Below, in pieces: positions 39,676-49,287 of a stretch of DNA of 64,000 nucleotides; the first letter of the stretch is position 1; every line of letters starts with the position of its first letter. Under the pieces are notes generated by a model. That model ran no database searches. It saw nothing but the letters and a program-made list of their open reading frames with translations, and had not been told where the DNA came from. The translations under genes were made by a program, and so were the position numbers. This DNA comes from Minisyncoccota bacterium (GTDB taxonomy: Bacteria > Patescibacteriota > Minisyncoccia > JBAYJV01), in assembly GCA_041664925.1 (NCBI GenBank), contig JBAYJV010000002.1, forward strand, positions 200,302-264,301, given 5' to 3'.

Positions 39676-40874
39676 AAATAAAAGATATAAGAGTTAGTAT
39701 TATAAAAAATTCTCGCAATGAAGATGCGCTTGAAGTTGAGTTATTAAATGATTCAGGATTATCGGTTATCGCCTCTGTTCCTCAAGGAGCAAGTACTGGA
39801 GAAAGAGAAGCGATATCTTTGTCAGCAGAAAATGCCATTGAAAAAATCAATGGTATTGTTGTTCCCGAGATCAAGGAAAAATCATTTGAGTCACAAGACG
39901 AGTTTGATGATCTTTTGTGTGAATTAGATGGCACAAATAACAAATCACGACTGGGAGCAAATGCTACCCTAGTTTTGTCTTTGGCATTTGCAAGATTGTT
40001 GGCAAAATTTAATAATCAGGAACTTTATGAATATATCGCAGAAATAACTCACTCAAAACCAAGTCTGCCAGCTTTTTATGCAAATATAATTGAAGGCGGA
40101 AAACATGCAAAAAATAATCTTGATTGGCAGGAATATTTAATTGTTGTCAAAGATTCGTCTGCGGAAAATCAATTAAAAATAGCAAAAGATGTTTTTGAAA
40201 ATATTGGAAATAAAGTAAAAACGCTATCCGACAGTATATCTTTTAGCGATGAAGGCGCTTATGATTTAAATTTTGAAAATAACACGGCTCCACTTGAATT
40301 AATTAATTCATCGATTAAAGAACTTGACCTCGAAGGTAAGGTAATGCTAGCCTTAGATGTTGCAGCCGATAGTTTCTATAAAAACAATGAATATACAATT
40401 GACGGAAGTCCGACTTCCGTCAATTCATTGACAAATATATATAATGATGTTGTAAATAAATATCCAGTTGTTTCGATTGAAGATCCATATGAAGAGAATG
40501 ACTTTGAACATTATGCGACATTAAATACTGTTTTAAATGATAAAAACATATTCATAGTTGGAGACGATCTGACTACAACAAATACGGTCTATATAGAAAA
40601 AGCTGTTTTAATGAACTCAATTAGCGGGATCATTATTAAACCAAACCAGATTGGCACATTAACAGAAACATTAGAAGCAATAAAAATTGCCAAGGAAAAT
40701 AATTTAAAAATCATTGTGTCTCACAGATCAGGAGAAACAGAAGATAGTTTCATTGCGGATCTTGCTTATGGTATCGGCGCTTACGGGCTCAAGGCAGGAG
40801 CGCCATCGCCAAAGGAAAGACTGGCAAAATATGATCGTATTATAGAAATAGATAAAATTCAGTATAATTTATAA
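39672..40874 (+). CDS. eno: enolase (divergent)
   Basis: VPQGASTGEREA, LDGTNNKSRLGANA, GGKHA, DEG, SIEDP, GDDL, IKPNQIGTLTE, SHRSGETED. Confidence 0.93.
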   Translation: MKIKDIRVSIIKNSRNEDALEVELLNDSGLSVIASVPQGASTGEREAISLSAENAIEKINGIVVPEIKEKSFESQDEFDDLLCELDGTNNKSRLGANATLVLSLAFARLLAKFNNQELYEYIAEITHSKPSLPAFYANIIEGGKHAKNNLDWQEYLIVVKDSSAENQLKIAKDVFENIGNKVKTLSDSISFSDEGAYDLNFENNTAPLELINSSIKELDLEGKVMLALDVAADSFYKNNEYTIDGSPTSVNSLTNIYNDVVNKYPVVSIEDPYEENDFEHYATLNTVLNDKNIFIVGDDLTTTNTVYIEKAVLMNSISGIIIKPNQIGTLTETLEAIKIAKENNLKIIVSHRSGETEDSFIADLAYGIGAYGLKAGAPSPKERLAKYDRIIEIDKIQYNL

Positions 40875-40876
40875 AA

Positions 40877-41809
40877 ATGATACCCATAATTATTCCGCCC
40901 AAAGAAAACGATGACAGCGAAAATGATCTCCAGGATCTTTGGGCTTCTAAATCTAAAAATATCAACGAATCCATAAAAATAAAAAATTCGTTTGTCAGTA
41001 TTATTATTTTTTTAGTAATACTTTTTTCATTTGTGTCTAAATTTAACATGCCTTTTATTTACATCGTTATAATCGTTCTTGTTTTTGGAATTCTTATTTC
41101 GATTAAGCAAATTAACCAATATGAAAGAGGAGTTAGGTTCACATTAGGAAAATACAGCGGTCTTATGAACCCCGGTTGGCGCCTGGTTATTCCGATTTTT
41201 CAGTCATATCAAAAAGTTGATATTCGAGTTAAGGCCGTTGATGTTCCAGATCAAGAAACAATTACTAAAGACAATATTTCGACAAAAGTCAATGCTGTAA
41301 TTTATTATCGTGTTTCTTCAGCCGAAAAAGTTATTTTGGAAGTTCAAGATTTTCGCTACGCTGTTTCGCAACTAGCTCAGACAACTATGAGAAATGCCGT
41401 CGGTGAAGTTGAGCTCGACGAGCTTTTATCGCAACGGGAAAAAGTCGCTGAAAAAATTAGAGCTGTCGTTGATAAAGCAACAGAACCTTGGGGAATAGAA
41501 GTTGATTCCGTTGAATTAAAAGATATTGTTTTGCCTGAGGAAATGAAACGCGTTATCGGTAAACAAGCTGAAGCTGAGAGAGAAAAAAGATCTGTTATTA
41601 TTAGAGCAGAGGGAGAAGTTGTCGCTGCCAAAAATATGGCTATAGCAGCAGATACTCTTTCTAGCTCAGCTGGCGGTCTACATTTAAGAACATTGGCAAC
41701 AATTAATGACGTGAGCTCAGATCAATCCAATACAATTATATTTGCTATTCCACTTGAAATTCTAAAGGCCTTTTCTGGATTCAATGCTAACGAAAAAGAC
41801 AAAAAGTGA
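40877..41809 (+). CDS. SPFH/stomatin (slipin) family protein
   Basis: QYERGV.F.LGK, ITKDN, AQTTMRNAVG, PWGIEV, QAEAEREKR; start may be 41048. Confidence 0.92.
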   Translation: MIPIIIPPKENDDSENDLQDLWASKSKNINESIKIKNSFVSIIIFLVILFSFVSKFNMPFIYIVIIVLVFGILISIKQINQYERGVRFTLGKYSGLMNPGWRLVIPIFQSYQKVDIRVKAVDVPDQETITKDNISTKVNAVIYYRVSSAEKVILEVQDFRYAVSQLAQTTMRNAVGEVELDELLSQREKVAEKIRAVVDKATEPWGIEVDSVELKDIVLPEEMKRVIGKQAEAEREKRSVIIRAEGEVVAAKNMAIAADTLSSSAGGLHLRTLATINDVSSDQSNTIIFAIPLEILKAFSGFNANEKDKK

Positions 41810-41892
41810 TCAGCTACTAGAAAAAGTGATTGTTTTAGATAGAATAAGATTGGAATAAAATAATACATCCTAAAAAAACAATAATCAGTTCT

Positions 41893-42594
41893 ATGAAAGC
41901 CATAATTCTCGCTGCGGGAAGAGGGGTAAGAATGAGACCATATACTCATTTAACCCCAAAACCGCTTTTAAAAATAAACGGGAAACGCATTATTGATCAT
42001 ACCTTAAGTATTCTTCCTCAAGAAGTAGATGAGATTATTATTGTTGTTGGGCATAGAAAATGGCGAATTAAAAAGTATTTAGGAAACTCTTATAAGGGAA
42101 AAAAAATTACCTACATCTCGCAAAAAGACAAGAAAGGCACTGCTCATGCTCTCTATCTTTGCAAGCCTTATTTAAGAAAAAAAGAGAAGTTTTTGATAGT
42201 TTTTGGCGATGATATTTATACAGAAAAAGATCTCAAAAGGTGTATCCAATATCCATTATCTATTTTGGCAGCTGAAGTTGAAAATCCTAGCGCTTTTGGA
42301 GTATTAAAGTTTAATAAAGATCGCCACCTCGAAGAAATTATTGAAAAACCCAAAGATAATCCTCCGAGCAATTTAGTTGTTTGCGGTGTTTTTGTTCTTA
42401 GTCATAAAATTTTCAAATACAGAATGCAGGCAATCGATAATAAAGAATTTGGCTTGCCCCAAACTATTATGAAAATGGCGAAAAAACATCCGATTAAAAT
42501 AATCAAAGCTTCTTTTTGGTTGCCCATTGGCTATCCAAAAGATTTAAAAAAAGCTAAAGAAGTTATGTTCGCCAACAATAATAATATTTCCTGA
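41893..42594 (+). CDS. sugar-phosphate nucleotidyltransferase
   Basis: AIILAAGRGVRMRP.T...PKPLL, GTAHAL, GDD, FGV, EKP. Confidence 0.9.
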   Translation: MKAIILAAGRGVRMRPYTHLTPKPLLKINGKRIIDHTLSILPQEVDEIIIVVGHRKWRIKKYLGNSYKGKKITYISQKDKKGTAHALYLCKPYLRKKEKFLIVFGDDIYTEKDLKRCIQYPLSILAAEVENPSAFGVLKFNKDRHLEEIIEKPKDNPPSNLVVCGVFVLSHKIFKYRMQAIDNKEFGLPQTIMKMAKKHPIKIIKASFWLPIGYPKDLKKAKEVMFANNNNIS

Positions 42595-42630
42595 TTGTTT
42601 TATAAAAAAACTAACAAAGGAGGGGCAACC

Positions 42631-43401
42631 ATGCAATCTGTTGATGAGCAAAAACCAAAAAAGTCCTTTAACATTCTATATGCTTTGCCTGATTTCTTTA
42701 CAGTTCTTCGTATTCCTATTGGCATTGCCATAGCGTTTGTTGGAATATTTTTCGGAAGAAACGGCGTCACAATCGCTTATTGGCTTTTACTCGGCGGTTG
42801 GACAACTGACATTCTTGATGGCAATATTGCGCGCAAAATTGGTAAGAAAAAAACCTGGATAGGTGAACATGATATTCTTTTTGACAGTATCATGCTCCTT
42901 GGTGTGATTTTCTATCTTGGATATGTTGGTTTTATGTCTGTTTTATTAACCGTTGTCTCATTCGTGTTGCTGCTCTTTGTTAACGTTTACCCAAATACTC
43001 GTCATCAAACAAAGTTTTTCGTAGAGTCGCTAATTACCTGTACAACCTTGCCATTTCTTTTTTATCTTTCGCTAAATCCTTTGATAATTGCCGTCACAAT
43101 AGCGTGGGCAACGCTCAACCTCCTTTACGACATAGATCGGGCTATGGTCTTGGGAAAAAAGTGGCAAGACATTTTGGTTAATGTTGGCAAAACACTTAAG
43201 TCCTATTCTTTAAAAACCAATCTCACTTGGTCAATATTGGTTATTGGCATAGGAATCGGAACTGCAATACTCTTATTCAATAACAAAATTCCCTTTTTGT
43301 TCGGAGGAATTATTAAGGGCCTTGCTGTAGTTATGATTTTAATAGCTCTATGGGCTCTGTGGCTTGGCAGAAGAAATCTTCCTAAAAAACCAGAAGAGTA
43401 G
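42631..43401 (+). CDS. CDP-alcohol phosphatidyltransferase family protein
   Basis: PDFFTVLR, TDILDGNIAR...G..D..FD signature; GGAGGGG SD before ATG 42631. Confidence 0.85.
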   Translation: MQSVDEQKPKKSFNILYALPDFFTVLRIPIGIAIAFVGIFFGRNGVTIAYWLLLGGWTTDILDGNIARKIGKKKTWIGEHDILFDSIMLLGVIFYLGYVGFMSVLLTVVSFVLLLFVNVYPNTRHQTKFFVESLITCTTLPFLFYLSLNPLIIAVTIAWATLNLLYDIDRAMVLGKKWQDILVNVGKTLKSYSLKTNLTWSILVIGIGIGTAILLFNNKIPFLFGGIIKGLAVVMILIALWALWLGRRNLPKKPEE

Positions 43402-43524
43402 TTTCGCAACTACTCTTCATTTTTAAACAAACATTGAATGATTTTTAGATTCATAGCTTGACATTTATTTTGTAATGATATATGATGTGTTTAGTTCTTG
43501 TTACTACTAAAAGAGGAGGAAGAA

Positions 43525-43908
43525 ATGACCACTAGGTCAAGATCAATGGAAGTTTATCCGAGTGTTCAAAGAATATATCAAGAACACCTTCCGGACAATG
43601 TGACCGCTGTCCAAACAGCCGTAGCTCGAGTACGAAAAGAATTTGAGGGTGGTCAAAAACTCAAGCGTCTTGAAGTCATAATTGGTTTAAGTTTGAGTGA
43701 TTTAGACAGGATCTGGGGTCGATCATATCGTCTCTATATGGATCCTACTGGCGCAGGACAACACCGCTTATATGGATGCCATAGTAATACGATTATGACG
43801 ATTCATTTCATTAACGAAGATAAATTGCAAGTGTTAAAAGAATACAGAAGAAGCATTAAAGAGGAGAGAGAGAATAGAAAAAGACAGGAAGCTGATAATA
43901 GGCTTTGA
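43525..43908 (+). CDS. hypothetical protein
   Basis: TTGACA/TATGAT promoter, GAGGAGG SD, terminator GCCGCCC..GGGCGGC-T6. Confidence 0.75.
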   Translation: MTTRSRSMEVYPSVQRIYQEHLPDNVTAVQTAVARVRKEFEGGQKLKRLEVIIGLSLSDLDRIWGRSYRLYMDPTGAGQHRLYGCHSNTIMTIHFINEDKLQVLKEYRRSIKEERENRKRQEADNRL

Positions 43909-44005
43909 TTACCCAGCGCCGCCCAAGAAAAAGGGCGGCTTTTTTCTTGACATTAAGCATAAATTAGAGATAACATGGAAATAGAGCAGAGTTTTAAAAA
44001 TTTCC

Positions 44006-44395
44006 ATGAAAACAAATCCTTCGGTCTTTCTCACTTGGCAGGGTTATTACGATTACGACATAGAAAATGTTGAAAAGTATGTTTTAAAGGAACCTCGTCT
44101 TCCTGGCGTTTATAAAATTGCCGAACTTCAAGAGTTTAGCAGTTTAACGCCATTTTTTATCGGAAAAACCGACGATCTCTATAAAACATTAATGCGCCAT
44201 CTTGGTGATCTTGAAACCAACACTTGCCTTAAAAAGGAGATGAAAGATAAAATTTGTTGTTTTAAGTTTTCTGCCTTAATGAATGAAAAAGAGCAAAACG
44301 ATGTTTTGTTCACAATGTTTGAACATTATCATCCTATCTGTAATAACAAAGACGATATTCCTCCGGCTGACCTAGTTGAAATCAATTTTCAATAA
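44006..44395 (+). CDS. GIY-YIG-like hypothetical protein
   Basis: P..PGVYKI...FFIGKTDDLY..L..HL, C-terminal P.CN. Confidence 0.6.
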   Translation: MKTNPSVFLTWQGYYDYDIENVEKYVLKEPRLPGVYKIAELQEFSSLTPFFIGKTDDLYKTLMRHLGDLETNTCLKKEMKDKICCFKFSALMNEKEQNDVLFTMFEHYHPICNNKDDIPPADLVEINFQ

Positions 44396-44634
44396 TGAGA
44401 AAAATAACTCCAAGAGAATATGCTGTTTTCAGCTTCATTAAACAATTTTTAGACGACTACGAAAAAAGTCCCACCAGGCGGGAAATCGGAGAAGCTTTTT
44501 CTATAACAACTCAAGGCGCAGATTATTTTGTTCACCGGCTTATACAGAGAGGTGTTGTTTCACTCAGATCAGATAGTGTTCGAAATATCCGTCCAACTGA
44601 AAAATCATTGGGACGCCAACCTCATCTCTGGTAA
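44395..44634 (+). CDS. LexA-type winged-helix DNA-binding domain only
   Basis: ITPREYAVFSFIKQF..DYEKSPTRREIGEAFSIT...RLIQRG...RNIR; no S24 peptidase domain. Confidence 0.8.
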   Translation: MRKITPREYAVFSFIKQFLDDYEKSPTRREIGEAFSITTQGADYFVHRLIQRGVVSLRSDSVRNIRPTEKSLGRQPHLW

Positions 44635-44763
44635 TTAATAAATAAGGATTAATATATTCTGATAATAAACGGTATTGTCAGTTTTTTGTTCTCTAAAATT
44701 TGACAAATAATAGTCCATGTGATAAGCTCAAGAAAGTTCTCATAAAAAATACAAGGAGGTAAA

Positions 44764-45423
44764 ATGCCTGAACCAGCTGGTCAGAAAGAAAAAGTCCTAG
44801 TGTTTATCGATGCTGCTAACTTAAGCGCGGCCCAGAACAAAATAGGATTATCAATTAACTTTAGGGCTTTCTCAGATGTTTTGAGAGGTGACGGAGAGTT
44901 TATCGAGAAAGGGTTACGTTTTTACGAGCAAGATGCAATCGGTAAGCAAGGTTTTTTTTCAGCACTCAGAGTGCACGGCTATACTATTATCCCAACGAAA
45001 GAAAGTAATGTTGATGATGCAATTCTAAGAGATATACATTCAATGGCTGCCTTGGCTGACAGAATTGTTCTGGTCAGCGGCGATGAAGATTTTACTGACG
45101 CACTGCTCATGGCTGGAGTTGGAAAAAAAATTCAAGTTTTTTCCATTTCAACGATGGTAGCAGCAAGATTTAGAAACAAACCGTTTGAGTATATCGATCT
45201 CGCTGATTTAGTTGATCAGATTATTGATAAAACAAAGACTAATGAAAGATCTCGAAGAATATATCTCGATCCTTCAGGTCAAACCCTTGAAATTGTTCTT
45301 GGAGATAACAGCACAATCACAATCACTCCAAATCAGAGAAGTGCCAGCGTCCGGATTACTGGGAGCATTCTTTACAAACGCATGCCAGACTGCTTATATA
45401 TCACGGTTAAAGATATAAATTAA
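44764..45423 (+). CDS. NYN-domain (PIN-like, LabA/DUF88) protein
   Basis: VFIDAANL, NVD, VLVSGDEDF, G.KIQV. Confidence 0.85.
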   Translation: MPEPAGQKEKVLVFIDAANLSAAQNKIGLSINFRAFSDVLRGDGEFIEKGLRFYEQDAIGKQGFFSALRVHGYTIIPTKESNVDDAILRDIHSMAALADRIVLVSGDEDFTDALLMAGVGKKIQVFSISTMVAARFRNKPFEYIDLADLVDQIIDKTKTNERSRRIYLDPSGQTLEIVLGDNSTITITPNQRSASVRITGSILYKRMPDCLYITVKDIN

Positions 45424-45629
45424 TTTAGAAATAGTTCAGCTTAAAACTGCCAGTTTAAGATAGTGTCCGCCCAAGAAAAGCGGACACTTTTTTTAATTGT
45501 TTTTGACATTTTGACCCAAAAAGTCAGTAAAACTATTGACTTTTTTACTAAGGTATGCTATACTGATAATAAGTACAAGTGACTGGGGTTGTCCCAGTCA
45601 CAATAAAACCAAATAGGAGGAAAGAAACG

Positions 45630-46514
45630 ATGTGTCCGATTAATGCCGATGGAATCAAGGTCGTTGCTCCTGCTTCTCCCGTAAGGGACCCGCGAACGAA
45701 CAAGGCAGTTGCAGTTGAGGTCGTCACGAAGGGTGAGTTTGAACGCTTCAATATGCCCAACTATTTCAGGGTGGGAGAAAGCGGCTCGATCACCTTCGGG
45801 TTCGGTCACTTCAACCAGGAAGGAATCGGCCGTGATCATCAGTTCAAGATCGTGGTCGAGAAGCCTCGGGAGACCGTCGACAAACTCAATCAGATGGTAA
45901 GCGACTGGTTCCGCCTCCGAAGCCTGGCGAGAACTTCGTCAGGTGACGAGAGAGAGGAAGCACGAACAGCGTTCAATGAGCTCAAGTCACGATTCCTAGG
46001 AATCATCGGGCAGCCAGCAATGGCGAAGCTCGCAACGCCCAATCTCCTGATTCTCAGTCCTCTCGAATCAGGAACAGAGGTCTTCGCGTCGATTGTGGTC
46101 TACACGACTTTCGAAAGCGATGACAAGATCGTGGATCCGATGGACGAGGGCGTACTTCTTCATGGGAGGTTCGGAGAGAATGGTCATGTGATCGCAGTTC
46201 TGATCACAACCGACCGCACCATCCCCTTCACAACTCCCAATGGATACACGTGGAAGGTTCCTGTGGATGTCCCCAACGGAGTTCCCACGGTGGAAGCGAC
46301 CTTCCCGCCGGATGCCGGTCACGAAGCGCCCGCTACCAGCGATGGCAGCGAGAGCGCCAGCGACCACGCACGAGAGGAGGTTCCTTTCCTCGAAGAGAAA
46401 GACCGTCATCATCGTAGTGGCAGAAAGCTCGCTGCGGTCGGCGCCACTGGAAGAGGCAAGGGAACCAAGAGGGGGTTGCATCCTGCCGATGTAGGAGCAG
46501 AAGACGACGGATAG
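45630..46514 (+). CDS. hypothetical protein, GC-rich
   Basis: TTGACT/TGnTATACT promoter, leader hairpin 45579-45601, AGGAGG SD, terminator GAGCCCAGCT..AGCTGGGCTC-A-T8. Confidence 0.8.
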   Translation: MCPINADGIKVVAPASPVRDPRTNKAVAVEVVTKGEFERFNMPNYFRVGESGSITFGFGHFNQEGIGRDHQFKIVVEKPRETVDKLNQMVSDWFRLRSLARTSSGDEREEARTAFNELKSRFLGIIGQPAMAKLATPNLLILSPLESGTEVFASIVVYTTFESDDKIVDPMDEGVLLHGRFGENGHVIAVLITTDRTIPFTTPNGYTWKVPVDVPNGVPTVEATFPPDAGHEAPATSDGSESASDHAREEVPFLEEKDRHHRSGRKLAAVGATGRGKGTKRGLHPADVGAEDDG

Positions 46515-46596
46515 TCGTCTCTCGAGCCCAGCTGAAAGAGTAGCTGGGCTCATTTTTTTTATCCTCCTCTTTTAAAAAAGAAAAATATGCTTTAAA

Positions 46597-47649
46597 ATGA
46601 ATAGTTATATGGTTAAATTCTTGAAATCTATTAAAGATTATTATCGCCTTCATCGAAAAAATATTTTAATTATATTTTTTTCTTCTGTTTTAGGAACAAT
46701 TCTTTTTGTTTCTGTTTTTTTGTATGTTGATTATAGGGATTTGGTAAGAGATATTCTTAATTTTTCTTGGTGGAAATTTCTAGTATTTTTTACCATATCA
46801 ATCTTTGCTTTTATTGCCGTGACTTATCGTTGGGCTTTGATTGTTAAAGCTTATGGTTTTAAAATTTCGTTTTGGCGTCTTTTTCGTTATCGTCTCGCTG
46901 GTTTTACTTTTTCATATATGACACCTCTTAACGAATTTGGCGGAGCGCCTTTCAGAGCATATTTGCTTGCCCGTGAAAATATTCCTTTCAACTCTGGTCT
47001 TTTAACGATTATTCTTGAAAATTTCGTCGAAGTTTTTACTCAGTCATTCGTTGTAACCTTCTTTATTGCTATTTTCTTATCAAGCCTCGGATTATCAACT
47101 AAGGCTTTGTGGCTGTTGGTTATAGCTATTATTGTTTTTATTGCCTTCGTTGTTTTTGTTTATTTCAGACTTAGAAAAGGTAGTCCTATTATTACGCCGC
47201 TATTGAAGTTTTTAAAATTGAAAAAACTTTATAAAAAAACCATTGAGCCAGAACAGTATTTTCTAGAATTTTTTACCAAGCACAAAAAAGTATTTTTTAA
47301 AACCATCGGCGCATCGCTTCTCGTTTTTGTTATAACCGTGGGTGAAATTTGGTTTTTGCTTTATTTGATGGGATTAAATTTGGGATTATTCAATACGTTT
47401 TTTGCCAAAATTATTTTAAATCTTGCTAATACTATTCCTGTGCCAGCAGCGCTTGGAGTTTCTGAATGGGCGCAAACCGGATTTTTCGAAACTATTTTAC
47501 ACAACAAATCGGCCGGATTAACATTTAGTATGATTTTCAGAGCAAAAAATATATTTTATTCACTTATAGGTTTCGTTTTTCTTGTACATCTATGGCAAAA
47601 AAGAGTAAAATTAGATAAGAAGCTAAAGAGTTTATTTGGGGTTAAATAA
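46597..47649 (+). CDS. UPF0104 / lysylphosphatidylglycerol synthase TM (flippase-like) protein
   Basis: YRW, SYMTP...GGAPFRAYLL, IPVPAALGVSE, FR; about 8 TM. Confidence 0.85.
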   Translation: MNSYMVKFLKSIKDYYRLHRKNILIIFFSSVLGTILFVSVFLYVDYRDLVRDILNFSWWKFLVFFTISIFAFIAVTYRWALIVKAYGFKISFWRLFRYRLAGFTFSYMTPLNEFGGAPFRAYLLARENIPFNSGLLTIILENFVEVFTQSFVVTFFIAIFLSSLGLSTKALWLLVIAIIVFIAFVVFVYFRLRKGSPIITPLLKFLKLKKLYKKTIEPEQYFLEFFTKHKKVFFKTIGASLLVFVITVGEIWFLLYLMGLNLGLFNTFFAKIILNLANTIPVPAALGVSEWAQTGFFETILHNKSAGLTFSMIFRAKNIFYSLIGFVFLVHLWQKRVKLDKKLKSLFGVK

Positions 47650-47681
47650 CAATCTTGCGATTTGTCTAAATTAAAAAAATC

Positions 47682-48128
47682 ATGTCGAAATTACCAGAAA
47701 AATTCTTACGAAGCCTTAAAACAGCCATAAAAGGAATTGTTCGTGTTTATAAATCTGAGCTTAGTTTTCGAATTCAGTTTTGGTTTGGCATTATTGTGAT
47801 GACTCAGATTTTTTACTGGCCGATTGGGGAAATAAAGCGCCTTATTTTGTTTCTTCTTATTTTTCTTATTTGGGTCTTAGAGATCCTTAATACTACTTTT
47901 GAAAAGCTTTTTGATGAGATTGAAAAACGCTACCACGAAAGAATAGGTTATTTAAAAGACATCTTGGCTGGTGGAGTTTTAATCATGACTATCGGATCAA
48001 TATTGATTGGTTTGCTTGTTTTTTGGCCATATATTATTGATGTGGCATTGTTCTCTATCGTAGAATCAATTTTGATTATTATTTTTCTTTATTTAGCAAG
48101 AGAAGTAAAAAAGATTATAAAAAAATAA
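47682..48128 (+). CDS. dgkA: DgkA-family diacylglycerol/undecaprenol kinase
   Basis: S...A.KGI...YKSELSFRIQ, EILNTTFE...D, KDILAGGVL. Confidence 0.85.
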   Translation: MSKLPEKFLRSLKTAIKGIVRVYKSELSFRIQFWFGIIVMTQIFYWPIGEIKRLILFLLIFLIWVLEILNTTFEKLFDEIEKRYHERIGYLKDILAGGVLIMTIGSILIGLLVFWPYIIDVALFSIVESILIIIFLYLAREVKKIIKK

Positions 48129-48188
48129 TTTTCCGTAATTTAGAAATAAAAAAACGCCTAATAGCGTTTTTTGTTTATGGTCTAAAGT

Positions 48189-48746
48189 TTATAATCCCAA
48201 CCGATCCTTTATTTCCATCATCGCCTCAACACTTAATTTTACTAATTCCTCTACCGATAATCCGATTAGTTCTTGCGATCGAGAAATGATTTCTCGATTA
48301 ACGCCTTTGGCGAAAGCCGGTTCTTTAAATTTCTTAAGCACAGATGATATTTTTACGCCTGAAAGTTTTTCGGGATTTACTAGGGCACAAGCCGTAATTA
48401 GACCAGTCAATTCTTCTGCACAAAAAAGTGTTTTTTCCATTAAAGTTTCTAACGGCAATCCCAAGGTATGGTTATGAACTTTAATAGCTCTGATAATTTC
48501 TGGATCATATCCTTCTTTCTCTAAAATTTCTGCCGCTTTTTGGGCATGCTGTTCGGGATGATCCTTTGTAATTTCCCAATCCATATCGTGTAATAAACCA
48601 GCCAACATCCATTTTTCCAGATTTTTTTCTTCGCCAAAATGCTGACACAATTTTTTCATAACCGCTTCGACGGCCAAGGCATGACGAAACAAATTTTCAT
48701 TCTTTATGTATTGTCTAAGAATATCTAAGGCTTGATTACGAGACAT
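48189..48746 (-). CDS. HD-domain (HDIG) phosphohydrolase
   Basis: HALAVEAVM, GLLHDMD, H, HN, EELTGLITACAL, FAKGVNR. Confidence 0.9.
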   Translation of the reverse strand: MSRNQALDILRQYIKNENLFRHALAVEAVMKKLCQHFGEEKNLEKWMLAGLLHDMDWEITKDHPEQHAQKAAEILEKEGYDPEIIRAIKVHNHTLGLPLETLMEKTLFCAEELTGLITACALVNPEKLSGVKISSVLKKFKEPAFAKGVNREIISRSQELIGLSVEELVKLSVEAMMEIKDRLGL

Positions 48747-48858
48747 AAATATATAATTTAGAATTAAGATTTATGAATTAAGAATTAAGGATAACATTTT
48801 AGATTAATTCCCGCAATAAAAAAACCGCCAAGTTATTCTTGGCGGCAAGAACACAAAA

Positions 48859-49116
48859 CTACTGTCGTCTAGCTGGATTCCTAATACTAAGTCGCTTAGC
48901 AGCTGTTTTTGCTTTCTTAAGCATATCTTCAAGTTCTTCTATTCTTCCAAGTAAAAATGGCTTAAATTTTACCTCATTGAGCTGGGTTTCAATGTCAAAA
49001 TGCGCCGCTGGATAGTATTGAAGATCAGGCTCAACTTCAAGCAACTCCTGGACTAGTCCAATCTCTTCAGGATATCCTTCGCAATTTACAAAAATCCTAC
49101 CCTTTGCGATTTTCAT
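48859..49116 (-). CDS. hypothetical protein
   Basis: GTTCTTTAAA + AAGGAGG before ATG 49116; terminator CCGCCAAG..CTTGGCGG at 48825-48845. Confidence 0.7.
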   Translation of the reverse strand: MKIAKGRIFVNCEGYPEEIGLVQELLEVEPDLQYYPAAHFDIETQLNEVKFKPFLLGRIEELEDMLKKAKTAAKRLSIRNPARRQ

Positions 49117-49287
49117 TCTTCCTCCTTTTGCCTTTAAAGAACATTTCTCATGTACCTTTATCTTATATCTATTATGAACGAATGTCAAATTATATACTAT
49201 ATAATATAGAATGCGAAATACGAAGTGCGAAATACGAAATACGCATATTGATTTTGTCACGCTTTGGGTTAAAATGATTCTACTACA

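Noticed and set aside
45548-46653. Multiple overlapping ORFs around the GC-rich gene; likewise 11400-11777 and 11923-12333
   Set aside because: Shadow frames caused by high GC; only one frame in each case has an SD, promoter and terminator.
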